A stretch of DNA of 38,185 nucleotides, taken from Pseudomonadota bacterium. Lineage in GTDB: Bacteria > Bdellovibrionota > Bdellovibrionia > Bdellovibrionales > SG-bin7. The notes under the pieces are model-generated. The model was not told the origin of the DNA. It did no database searches and worked only from the letters and a program-made list of their open reading frames with translations. The stretch's first letter is position 1. The number at the start of each line of letters is the position of its first letter. This document shows positions 18,872 to 27,084 of the stretch, piece after piece. Where the stretch lies: NCBI GenBank assembly GCA_034439715.1, contig JAWXAY010000022.1, positions 1 to 38,185 on the forward strand, given 5' to 3'. Position numbers and translations under genes: made by a program.

Positions 18872-19888
18872 TCACACGTATCTTAAGTTTTCACGTCTTT
18901 GCTCGATGAGTTTTGATAATAAGTTGGCCTCATCGCTCCCTTTAAAATATTCTTCTGATTCGGTAGCTACTCCCTGCCACTGCGGCTTCTTGTCTTTGTC
19001 AACTAAGAGGGCGCGTACACCTTCCGGAAAGTCATGTCGGTTTGAAAATTCAATGGCAAGATGCCATTCACGTGCGAAGGCCTCTTCGAGGGTGCTTGTT
19101 TTGCCAAGATCTAAGAGTTTTTTAACGACTGCGACAGAAAGAGGAGCCGCTGCATTACCCATTTTTTTTTCTTCAATCGGCAGGACAATGCCTTTTTCTT
19201 TGGGTTTCATATGAAAACTATAAAGTGCGGACTGAATGTCCTCGCGAGTATTGGCTTTAAGAAGCTTGTTTAATACCTCCTTTTTTTTGGAATATAAAAT
19301 GGTGTAATCAGTCATGTGTAATTTGAGGGCGTCAGTGGCATTCAAGCGAGACCCCGTAAGGCCCAAATAATGACCCATAGGGTAGGGGACTTGATTTAAA
19401 AAATAGGACGCCCCCACATCACAAAAAAAGCCAATAAAAACTTCAGGCATACTTAAAATTGCGGGGGGACTTAAAATTCGATAGTGCCCAGAAAGAAAAA
19501 GTCCCAGCCCTGCTCCCATGGTAATTCCCTGGGCCCATGTCACAACAGGTTTTTTGTAAGTTCTTAAGAGGTAATTGGTAAAGTACTCATACAAGAAAAA
19601 ATCCTTAACCTTTGAAAAGGAAGCGGAATTTGATTTTGATTCTAGAATCGATTGGCGAACTTCTTTGACATCCCCACCCGCACAAAATGCCGCTTCTGTT
19701 TCAGAATGAATAAATACCATCTTAATCTGCGGGTCACGTTCCCATTCGCCTAGACGAAAAGCCAGAGATGAAACCATATCTAAATTTAATGAGTGATGAA
19801 CTTTAGGCCTATTAAGGCAAATTACTGCGATTTTTCCAAGCGTTGTACCTAAAAACCCATACTTGATGAAGTCGTTATCTTGTCTCAT
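18872..19888 (-). CDS. Enoyl-CoA hydratase/isomerase family, 3-hydroxyisobutyryl-CoA hydrolase-like
   Basis: LNRP, AFCAGGDV, MPEVFIGFFCDVG and DFPEGVRALLVDKD motifs. Confidence 0.9.
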   Translation of the reverse strand: MRQDNDFIKYGFLGTTLGKIAVICLNRPKVHHSLNLDMVSSLAFRLGEWERDPQIKMVFIHSETEAAFCAGGDVKEVRQSILESKSNSASFSKVKDFFLYEYFTNYLLRTYKKPVVTWAQGITMGAGLGLFLSGHYRILSPPAILSMPEVFIGFFCDVGASYFLNQVPYPMGHYLGLTGSRLNATDALKLHMTDYTILYSKKKEVLNKLLKANTREDIQSALYSFHMKPKEKGIVLPIEEKKMGNAAAPLSVAVVKKLLDLGKTSTLEEAFAREWHLAIEFSNRHDFPEGVRALLVDKDKKPQWQGVATESEEYFKGSDEANLLSKLIEQRRENLRYV

Positions 19889-19944
19889 TTTCAGGCTTTA
19901 TATATATCATAAAATCTTTGTATGGTTCAACGGCTTATACCTTG

Positions 19945-19953
19945 TGATAAAAT
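19945..19953 (+). promoter_or_regulatory. Putative extended -10 promoter (TGnTAAAAT) for a small intergenic transcript
   Basis: TGATAAAAT lies 7 nt upstream of a GNRA hairpin starting at 19961. Confidence 0.45.
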
Positions 19954-19994
19954 TAAAACTGGATCCGAGAGGGTCTTGTAAGGAGGTGATGCCC

Positions 19995-20042
19995 ATGATT
20001 AATGAATATCGCATAACCTGGGCGGGGGTGAGCTCCTCTTAA
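19995..20042 (+). CDS. Candidate 15-aa small ORF MINEYRITWAGVSSS
   Basis: ATG follows TAAGGAGGTGAT-GCCC; too short for the ORF track. Confidence 0.4.
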   Translation: MINEYRITWAGVSSS

Positions 20043-20097
20043 AAATTAATATACTAAAATATATTAATGGAGGAATTCATTTTCGCCATAAGTGTTG

Positions 20098-20123
20098 GGG
20101 GGCAATAATCAGCCCCCTTTTTT
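20098..20123 (+). terminator. Rho-independent terminator
   Basis: GGGGGC-aataatca-GCCCCC-TTTTTT. Confidence 0.75.
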
Positions 20124-20191
20124 CGTGACAAGTACAATCTAGTTCACATTAACAGTTTCGCTGTGATAGATTCCCTCAAAGAGTAAATAAT

Positions 20192-21049
20192 ATGAACACA
20201 ATTCCTATTATCGGGTTTAGCGAACCTGTCAGTTGTCTATCACACCTCATAGCGGCGCTGTTCGCGTTTATCGGGACCTTTTTTCTATGTCACCGAGGGC
20301 GCGGCAATAGTTCGCGAATTTTTGCGTTAGCGGTCTATTCCTTCTCGGTGGTCTTTTTATTATCTATGAGCGGAGTGTATCATTTGTTAGATCCGGGCGG
20401 TGTTGCTCGCGTGGTATTGCGTCGACTAGATCACGCAGGTATTTGGGTTTTAATCGCAGGGACATTTACACCTATTCATCTTATTTTATTTCGTGGAATT
20501 TGGCGTTGGGGGATATTGCTTTTTGTGTGGACGATCGCCATTACTGGATTGGTTCTTGAAGTTGTTTTTTTTGAGTCATTTCCAGAAGTAATATCCCTGT
20601 GCTTGTTTTTAGGACTTGGTTGGGTCGGTGGCTTAACGGGTTATAAATTCCGCAATTCATTTCGCGATAATAGTTTACGATTTTTGGTCGGTGGCGGAGT
20701 CTTTTATTCTGTGGGCGCCGTTATTGATTATTTAAATAGGCCAGTTCTGATTGTTGGTATAGTTGGTCCACATGAAATATTTCATTTCTTTGTGATCTTT
20801 GGCTGTCTCTCGCATTGGTATTTTATTTATCGCTGGGCAAATCACCCCATCGCAAATAGAATTGTATTTCATATCCATGTTTTCCCGAGCGGTCGGTATT
20901 TTGCCAAGGCGGTCGGCGAACCGATTTCATTAGAGTCAGACTCGCTAGAGAACCTAAAAACGATAATTAGAGAAAAAGTGAATCAGGCTTACCATAAGAG
21001 TATCGTGCCTACAGTGCATCTTAAGTATTTTCAAGAAGAGCATCTTTAA
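20192..21049 (+). CDS. Hemolysin III / PAQR (TrhA-like) membrane protein with extra C-terminal soluble domain
   Basis: EPVSCLSH, SGVYH, RRLDHAGIWVLIAGTFTP, GGVFYSVGA and HEIFHFFV motifs, plus a ~63-aa hydrophilic extension. Confidence 0.9.
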   Translation: MNTIPIIGFSEPVSCLSHLIAALFAFIGTFFLCHRGRGNSSRIFALAVYSFSVVFLLSMSGVYHLLDPGGVARVVLRRLDHAGIWVLIAGTFTPIHLILFRGIWRWGILLFVWTIAITGLVLEVVFFESFPEVISLCLFLGLGWVGGLTGYKFRNSFRDNSLRFLVGGGVFYSVGAVIDYLNRPVLIVGIVGPHEIFHFFVIFGCLSHWYFIYRWANHPIANRIVFHIHVFPSGRYFAKAVGEPISLESDSLENLKTIIREKVNQAYHKSIVPTVHLKYFQEEHL

Positions 21050-21124
21050 CTAACTATTTCAGGGGCCCTTCGAGAATAACAGATAATGTAACATAATATA
21101 ACTTATCAGACATTTCTTGGGGCA

Positions 21125-21478
21125 TTATTCAGGCTTTTTAGCTTTTGGCGGATTTGCGTAGTCAGTTGGTCGAGGTAAGTCTTTTCCCGATTCTTGTAGA
21201 ACTTTGTTGTACTCATCCATTTTTTTTATGTCTTCTTCTGATGGCACTTGCGGATTCGCTGCAGAATCAGAGGCAGATGGGTTTGGCTTAGGGGTTTGCG
21301 CTGGCGCCATTTGTTTTTTGTATTCGTCATAATAGGCGGGTTTTTGGGGCGGCTTTTTGGCACTTTCGTCTTTAGGTTTATCTTTATTTTCTGAATCTAT
21401 GTAACGAAACTTAGGTTCTGCAATTGTTGTAGGACTAAACCCAACTATTGTTATTAAAATTAGCAATAAATGTTTCAT
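21125..21478 (-). CDS. Secreted Pro/Lys-rich low-complexity hypothetical protein
   Basis: Signal peptide and GAGGAG SD. Confidence 0.7.
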   Translation of the reverse strand: MKHLLLILITIVGFSPTTIAEPKFRYIDSENKDKPKDESAKKPPQKPAYYDEYKKQMAPAQTPKPNPSASDSAANPQVPSEEDIKKMDEYNKVLQESGKDLPRPTDYANPPKAKKPE

Positions 21479-21562
21479 CCTAAGCTCCTCTACTATGAAT
21501 TTATATTTTAGCGCAGTTTTTGTGTTTGAAACAATAGGTCTTATTTCTTATAGTCGCTCTCA

Positions 21563-22057
21563 ATGTTTAAGATACTTGCATTTCTAACTTTTTCAATCGG
21601 ACTTTCGTCCCAAGTTTTAGCAGGATTAGACCTAGGAATGGGGCCCATATCAGGTAACTCTTCTCGGTTAGTGATGGGTGGTAACGTAGCGTGGAATACG
21701 CCGGGCTATTCGGTAAGTGCACATAGTACCGGGGTGCAGACGAATTTATATTACGATTCATCATATTATGTTTCATTGACGTGGTCGAGCGTCAGAAGCC
21801 AATTTTGGTGGGGTGCAATCCATGGTGGATTTGGATTGGGCGCCTATTTTACGGAACGCGGTTACCGCGAAACCACTGCTAGCTCACTAGAGAGAGCCTC
21901 TGACTTAGCTCTGGGACCCTCAATTCGCATTGTTTGGGACGTTTTGGGTCCCGTGTATATATCTCTTGAAGGCATGTATGGACTGCGCAATCCGTTGGCC
22001 CACCTATTCTTGAGTTTTCAAGATGTGGAACTTATTTCAGTCGGATTTCATCTGTGA
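21563..22057 (+). CDS. Putative small outer-membrane beta-barrel protein
   Basis: Signal peptide, Gly/aromatic alternating strands and C-terminal ISVGFHL. Confidence 0.65.
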   Translation: MFKILAFLTFSIGLSSQVLAGLDLGMGPISGNSSRLVMGGNVAWNTPGYSVSAHSTGVQTNLYYDSSYYVSLTWSSVRSQFWWGAIHGGFGLGAYFTERGYRETTASSLERASDLALGPSIRIVWDVLGPVYISLEGMYGLRNPLAHLFLSFQDVELISVGFHL

Positions 22058-22425
22058 TAAAAATTATATTGCTCGCGGTTTTACTGAATAGTTCGACCCC
22101 AGCTTCCGCCTCTTGGAGTTTTTTTTATGCGGTAGGCCCAAATTTTGAGAGTCCGGGTTCCGTTCGTTTGAGGAATAACGACTGGGAAGTGGGTATGCTT
22201 TCAAGTTCGGGGTATGGTTTTGATAAAATTTTTCCAATAAGTGAGGCCTCGTACATGGCATTCGGACCCGTTCTCACCGTAAATTCTTTGGGATTTTATG
22301 GCAGCGTCGGGCGCAAAGGCAAAATGTTTTGGCTGATTAGTTACCGTATGGAACTCCAATCGATTGTGGGACTTAACGGCTACGCCCAAGGCAGCGGTCT
22401 TTTGGGTCTGACAATAGATTTTTAG
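22054..22425 (+). CDS. Putative small beta-rich outer-membrane protein
   Basis: GTGA overlap with the previous gene, signal peptide and C-terminal LGLTIDF. Confidence 0.6.
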   Translation: MIKIILLAVLLNSSTPASASWSFFYAVGPNFESPGSVRLRNNDWEVGMLSSSGYGFDKIFPISEASYMAFGPVLTVNSLGFYGSVGRKGKMFWLISYRMELQSIVGLNGYAQGSGLLGLTIDF

Positions 22426-22433
22426 AGGAAAAT

Positions 22434-23078
22434 ATGAAAAAGAAAACTCTAGTTATTGTATTTCTGGCTTGGATTATGGTGGGGTTTCGCATTTATTCCA
22501 GCAGCAACCCCTGGAATATTTCAGTCTCCGCTCCCCGACTATGGGTTAAGTGGTGTGCGACTTATCCCGTTGGCACAAATGATTTAGACAGCAGTGACCC
22601 CCTCTTTAGCCAGGCTCCCACTTTTCAACAGGTGGTGGATTCCATCTACAATGATTATAATCAAGTACCTGGTTCGTACGTAGAACTTTACGATGCTGCG
22701 ACGGATCCGACTTACAACGCCTCAGCAGGCGCCGAACATACGATTGATATTTGCCTCGCCAGTTTAACTGTGCTGGGAGGAAAGGCTCGCCCCACATTTA
22801 ATGGAGGTAAGATCGTAGCTTGTGATATCGTTTTGTCTCCAAAGACTATTGAAAAGCTAAGTGGATTTGTCCGCACTGTGACCCATGAGATAGGGCACTG
22901 TCTGGGGTTCGATCATCCCCAAGAAATTACTCATTCCGTAATGTCTTATTTTGCTCCCTCAAGTTTTAGGCGTCTGCAAGTCGATGACAAAATGGGGCTA
23001 GTCTATTTATATCCCGTTGATCCCAATAGTGGAAAAGAAAAATCCACCTTCGGGCTGAGCTGTTCTCCCTCCGAATAA
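22434..23078 (+). CDS. Matrixin-like (M10/metzincin) metalloprotease
   Basis: HEIGHCLGFDH, Met-turn SVMSY, LQVDDKMGLVYLY and GAGGA SD. Confidence 0.88.
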   Translation: MKKKTLVIVFLAWIMVGFRIYSSSNPWNISVSAPRLWVKWCATYPVGTNDLDSSDPLFSQAPTFQQVVDSIYNDYNQVPGSYVELYDAATDPTYNASAGAEHTIDICLASLTVLGGKARPTFNGGKIVACDIVLSPKTIEKLSGFVRTVTHEIGHCLGFDHPQEITHSVMSYFAPSSFRRLQVDDKMGLVYLYPVDPNSGKEKSTFGLSCSPSE

Positions 23079-23163
23079 AAATTCCGAAATAGAGATTTTA
23101 ATCCTTTTAAATCCCCTATAGAGAGTTTTCCCTTTGATCCTCACATTGCATGATGAATTCTCT

Positions 23164-24024
23164 ATGGACTTTAAAGACTTATTAGCCGCACTTTCTTGCT
23201 TTTATCCCTTAGACTATGCTCGCTTTTGTCACCTAGTTAATAGGGATGAAGAAAAAATTTCTAAACTTATTCCTAATTATCCTATTTTCATCGAAAAAGC
23301 CAAGGTGGCTCTCGAGTCCTTGAGTCAAAGAGGGATCTCATGGATGCACCCGTTTTCAGTTCAGTATCCCCACTATTTATTGTACATAAATGAGCCGCCC
23401 GTTTTCTTAACCTACCGTGGAAGTCCCACTTGGCTTAAGTTTAAAACACTATCAGTCGTCGGCAGTCGTCAGCCCAGCACCATTGGAATTTCGTGGTTAG
23501 AAGAACACTTAAGTTCCTTCGTAAAAAAAACACCCCGAGTAATCGTAAGTGGGGCCGCTCGGGGAATTGATCAGGTGGCGCACTCAGTGGCGCTGAGAAA
23601 TGGTATTCCTACTATTGCATTTCTGCCTTCGGGCATTGATAATTTTTATCCTCGTGATTTTAAGTACTGGTTACCTGAAATTATTGAAACAGGTGGGGCC
23701 GTTATCTCAGAATATTTGCCCGATCAACCAATGTTCTCCCGTCACTTCCATCGACGAAACAGATTGATTGTTGGACTCTCTCAACTTCTTCTGGTGGTAG
23801 AAGCTAAGCGCCGAAGCGGCTCTAGAATGAGCGCTGGGCTTGCATTGAGCTCGGGTCGTGATGTGGCAGTAGTGCCAGGCTCTCCGCTTGATCCTCAATA
23901 TGGCGGAAACCTCGATCTGCTTTATGATGGCGCCCATCTCGTACGCGATGCCGAGGATCTCAGTTTCTTAGTAAATAATAAGATTTACGAATTTGAGCGC
24001 CAAAAATCGTTTCCTCTAATGTAA
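23164..24024 (+). CDS. dprA: DNA-processing protein DprA (Smf)
   Basis: PPVFLTYRG, VVGSR, VSGAARGID, VISEY, FHRRNRLI and VVEAKRRSGS motifs; start uncertain (23134 or 23164). Confidence 0.92.
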   Translation: MDFKDLLAALSCFYPLDYARFCHLVNRDEEKISKLIPNYPIFIEKAKVALESLSQRGISWMHPFSVQYPHYLLYINEPPVFLTYRGSPTWLKFKTLSVVGSRQPSTIGISWLEEHLSSFVKKTPRVIVSGAARGIDQVAHSVALRNGIPTIAFLPSGIDNFYPRDFKYWLPEIIETGGAVISEYLPDQPMFSRHFHRRNRLIVGLSQLLLVVEAKRRSGSRMSAGLALSSGRDVAVVPGSPLDPQYGGNLDLLYDGAHLVRDAEDLSFLVNNKIYEFERQKSFPLM

Positions 24025-24072
24025 TTATTTCTTGATAGGGGACCTTTACTAAATTCAGGTGCATCTGATACC

Positions 24073-24088
24073 TGGCCAAGATCTTGCT
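24073..24088 (+). promoter_or_regulatory. Putative sigma54 promoter for the downstream lipoprotein
   Basis: TGGCCAAGATCTTGCT, giving GG-N10-GC with TTGCT, 36 nt upstream of the ATG at 24125. Confidence 0.6.
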
Positions 24089-24124
24089 CAGGTAGGCATT
24101 GGATTGTTTTGTTTGGGGGATCCT

Positions 24125-24910
24125 ATGAAAATTAAAAATCTATTGGTATTGGTGTTGGCACTTAGTTTATTGTCCGCATGTACTCGATCAAAACGACATG
24201 GGCCAGCAGCAAGTCCCAAATCAAATCCCAAAGCTACTCCTGCTTATCAGGATCCTAACATTCAGCCCAACCAAAGAAATACAACCATATCTAAGAATCC
24301 CTATGCTGATTTTACTGAACGCGAAAAGACAATTGAAAGTATTGAACAACTGCTTCGCGATATGAGTTGTCAAATTACAGATACCAATCTGGCTTGTCAC
24401 ATACCCGATAACCAATCTAAATCTAATGATTTAGCAAAATTACTTGATACCTATAATCAAGTTTTAAGTCTTCAAATTAATTCGGGCATGTTGCCTCAAG
24501 ATAAACAAACCGCTTATCAAACTCGCCAGGCACCTATAACTGGGTACATAGGTGAACTCAGGTATAATGGTATACGTTTGTACAGTCGGGATGAAACAGA
24601 AGTTTACCTAGCAACTCAAAGACTCGAGGCACTTGAGATAAGATTTGTTCAAGATAATAATGATAAAACTCGCGATGGAATCAGCGACGGAAAATGGCGA
24701 ATGGCTGTGCCGAGTACATTGCTCGCCTATAAAACTCCCACTCAGGTTTTAAAAGAAATTAACTATTATCTAGACACCATTGAGTGGTTTTTAAGTATTT
24801 ACTCTGGCAGTAAACATTTACCGAGCACCCAGCACAGCGGCTACCTTCAAAAGATCGCCCAGTTAGAAGAGCTCGCGGCCAGAATTCAAAAGATAGGCTC
24901 TAAAAACTAG
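24125..24910 (+). CDS. Hypothetical lipoprotein
   Basis: GGGGGA SD, then MKIKNLLVLVLALSLLSAC lipobox; I prefer this start to 24059. Confidence 0.75.
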   Translation: MKIKNLLVLVLALSLLSACTRSKRHGPAASPKSNPKATPAYQDPNIQPNQRNTTISKNPYADFTEREKTIESIEQLLRDMSCQITDTNLACHIPDNQSKSNDLAKLLDTYNQVLSLQINSGMLPQDKQTAYQTRQAPITGYIGELRYNGIRLYSRDETEVYLATQRLEALEIRFVQDNNDKTRDGISDGKWRMAVPSTLLAYKTPTQVLKEINYYLDTIEWFLSIYSGSKHLPSTQHSGYLQKIAQLEELAARIQKIGSKN

Positions 24911-24915
24911 GGTCT

Positions 24916-25398
24916 TCAAAAGTAGAAACGGGCGCCAATGCCAGCACCAATATCAGTTGAAGTATTGGGATAAATGCGAAGGCCCGGAACTAATTCTGCA
25001 AAGAGTCCAACCGGAAATTCTCGGGGTAGCCACTCAATTCCTACAGGAACTCTGAAAACTAAGCGCATCGAATTGTCGTCATTGCTTCTTCGCTTGTCAT
25101 TTTCATCTGAGTACAATTTAATGAGTCCACCTAAACCGATATAGGGCATTAACTTGGCGCCATGTCCGACGTTAGCCAGCCACTCTGGGTAATGAAAGAG
25201 ATAGTCGGCAAAAACTAAGAGATTGCTGCCGGAATCCCAACCCAAACCCATATCGATTGCCCTTTTACTTTCAAGCCAATATTTCCCGCTAATAGCAGAA
25301 GGATCTCCCAAAACAATACCTGCACCAAAAGTGCTAGAGGCCGATTTTGCAGAGACAGAACTTAAAATAAAAAATAAAAATATGATATTTCTTTTCAT
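24916..25398 (-). CDS. Outer-membrane beta-barrel protein (DUF3996-like)
   Basis: Signal peptide, GAGIVLGDPSAISGKYW, RVPVGIEW, LFAELVP and C-terminal GARFYF. Confidence 0.85.
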   Translation of the reverse strand: MKRNIIFLFFILSSVSAKSASSTFGAGIVLGDPSAISGKYWLESKRAIDMGLGWDSGSNLLVFADYLFHYPEWLANVGHGAKLMPYIGLGGLIKLYSDENDKRRSNDDNSMRLVFRVPVGIEWLPREFPVGLFAELVPGLRIYPNTSTDIGAGIGARFYF

Positions 25399-25610
25399 GC
25401 CATAAAATCGTGTTTGCGAACAGTTTTTCGACCGTTTACTTTAGCGCGAGTAGCTGCCTGGTCCAGTAACCAGTATACGAAATCGTTTAATCCCTTCAAA
25501 GCATCTCCGGCAGTATTGCAGCCACTTTTTTTGAGCTTCGCTTTTATTTTGCTGCTGATAACTAACATATCACCTGATTTTTTGCTTTTTTGGTTTTTTT
25601 TCTGCGCCAT
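25395..25610 (-). CDS. Bacterial histone-fold protein with Lys-rich N-terminal tail
   Basis: LVISSKIK (alpha1), NTAGDA (L1), long alpha2, then RAKVNGRKTVRKHDF carrying the histone L2 RKT and R...D clamp; AAGGGAG SD 6 nt upstream. Confidence 0.9.
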   Translation of the reverse strand: MAQKKNQKSKKSGDMLVISSKIKAKLKKSGCNTAGDALKGLNDFVYWLLDQAATRAKVNGRKTVRKHDFMA

Positions 25611-25635
25611 CTTTTGCTCCCTTGTTATTTATGGA

Positions 25636-25644
25636 ATCTTAACA
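25636..25644 (-). promoter_or_regulatory. Possible internal extended -10 promoter for the histone gene
   Basis: Minus strand TGTTAAGAT in the 42-nt AT-rich gap upstream of the histone. Confidence 0.35.
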
Positions 25645-25652
25645 ATATAGAA

Positions 25653-25955
25653 TTACTTTTTTTCTGTAAACCCTAATTTTATTGCCTTACTTAAATCTTT
25701 TTGGCTAATTTCAAAGACATTTAGACGTCCAGTTTTGCCTCCACAAACAGCAGCATACATCTTGCCGTCGTCCTGTTTACTTTTCGAATAAATCTTTATC
25801 CCCAGAAGTTCCTTCGCAGTCTGATCTAATGAGATCCCTGAATTATTTTCGCACTGTTTGCTATTGTCTGGTTTAAAAATAAGTACGTTCGGATCTGTCC
25901 CGCCAGCAAACCCTAGCGAACTCGAAAGAATAGATATGGCTAGAATTTTAATCAT
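25653..25955 (-). CDS. Small secreted hypothetical protein with two Cys
   Basis: Signal peptide, SKQC and AAVCGGKTG; overlaps the upstream gene by 8 nt. Confidence 0.75.
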   Translation of the reverse strand: MIKILAISILSSSLGFAGGTDPNVLIFKPDNSKQCENNSGISLDQTAKELLGIKIYSKSKQDDGKMYAAVCGGKTGRLNVFEISQKDLSKAIKLGFTEKK

Positions 25956-27054
25956 GAATATTTACCGCAAAAAGATTGGCTTCATTCGAAATAAAATAAA
26001 CTCGATTTTTCTTCTCATTTACTAAAGGAGTAGCAATTATTCCTCTTCCCGAAAAAAACCGGGTTAACAACTTTCCATCAGACGACCGACGAAGCTCCAA
26101 AGGACCATCTGAGATCCCTATTACTAAGTTTCCTTTGTAGAGCACAGGTTGCGTGGCGATTCCGTCGCCCATCTCCACTTGCCAAATTAATTTTCCTGAA
26201 TTTAAATCTAAGGCTACAGTTTTTCGGGTCGTCGTCGAATACAACACAGTATTGTCAATTACCGTGGGCGGCAAATAGCCTCCCTCTTCAAATTTCCACA
26301 ACGATTGGCCAGATTTAATATCAAGACAGTAAAGATTTCCATCAAAGCTCGATACTAAAACCTTTTCTCCGACTATTAAGGGTGTCGAGTCGACATCCTT
26401 AAACCGTTTATTAGTATTGAGCAATTTTTCCCAAATGAGTGTGCCATCAGAAACATTAAGCGCAACTAAATACCCGTCAGCTGTGCCCACATACAATTGT
26501 TTTCCAACAATCACTGGGGTCGAGGAACCTCGAACCGAGAAAAAAGAAGGGGCCTGGCGACTGTAGGACCAAATGAGATTTCCTTTTTCTTTCCCTAGTG
26601 AATAGAGGACGTTATTGCCAGCCAAAAAATAAATTCGATCTTGCGCCACTAAAGGCGCCGAAAACACCTCTGATGGCAGGGTGAAACTCCAAATTAATTT
26701 GCCGTTTTCCGCCTGAACGGCATAAAATTTACCGTCATTACCTCCGAAGTAGGCCACATCCTTTTCAACAGCAACGCCGCCCTCAACTCCACCACTAACC
26801 AAGAACTTCCAGATGACTTGGCCATCTTCAGTATTATAAGCAGTGAGACTATCAATGCCATTGCCCTGAAGTAGAATTGTCTTGTAAAGTGCCGGTTGCA
26901 TGCGGTTAGCTAATCTTTGCTTAAAGTAGCCTTCTGTTTGAGTGGATCTTACCCAATAAGCCGACATAGTGGGCTCCGTTTTAGGTGGCTGCACCTTTAA
27001 CATGGCACAACCGAGAAACAAGAATAAACTACTCAAGAAAAACGCTTTTTGCAT
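25948..27054 (-). CDS. bamB: PQQ-like beta-propeller lipoprotein, BamB-like
   Basis: Lipobox FLGC and repeated A-x-x-x-x-x-G-x-x-x-W blades; lies directly downstream of a yfgM-like gene, the usual arrangement. Confidence 0.8.
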   Translation of the reverse strand: MQKAFFLSSLFLFLGCAMLKVQPPKTEPTMSAYWVRSTQTEGYFKQRLANRMQPALYKTILLQGNGIDSLTAYNTEDGQVIWKFLVSGGVEGGVAVEKDVAYFGGNDGKFYAVQAENGKLIWSFTLPSEVFSAPLVAQDRIYFLAGNNVLYSLGKEKGNLIWSYSRQAPSFFSVRGSSTPVIVGKQLYVGTADGYLVALNVSDGTLIWEKLLNTNKRFKDVDSTPLIVGEKVLVSSFDGNLYCLDIKSGQSLWKFEEGGYLPPTVIDNTVLYSTTTRKTVALDLNSGKLIWQVEMGDGIATQPVLYKGNLVIGISDGPLELRRSSDGKLLTRFFSGRGIIATPLVNEKKNRVYFISNEANLFAVNIHD

Positions 27055-27084
27055 AAACTTTCTCCGTTCTAATCCTCTACCCTG

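Larger units (their letters stand above)
19961..20123 (+). ncRNA. Candidate structured small RNA (or small-peptide mRNA)
   Basis: 5' hairpin GGATCC-GAGA-GGGTCT, SD TAAGGAGGTGAT, long G-U-rich hairpin at 20021-20087 and an intrinsic terminator. Confidence 0.55.

Noticed and set aside
19979..19990. TAAGGAGGTGAT as a minus-strand 16S rRNA 3'-end remnant
   Set aside because: The flanking sequence does not continue as 16S; it is better explained as an SD
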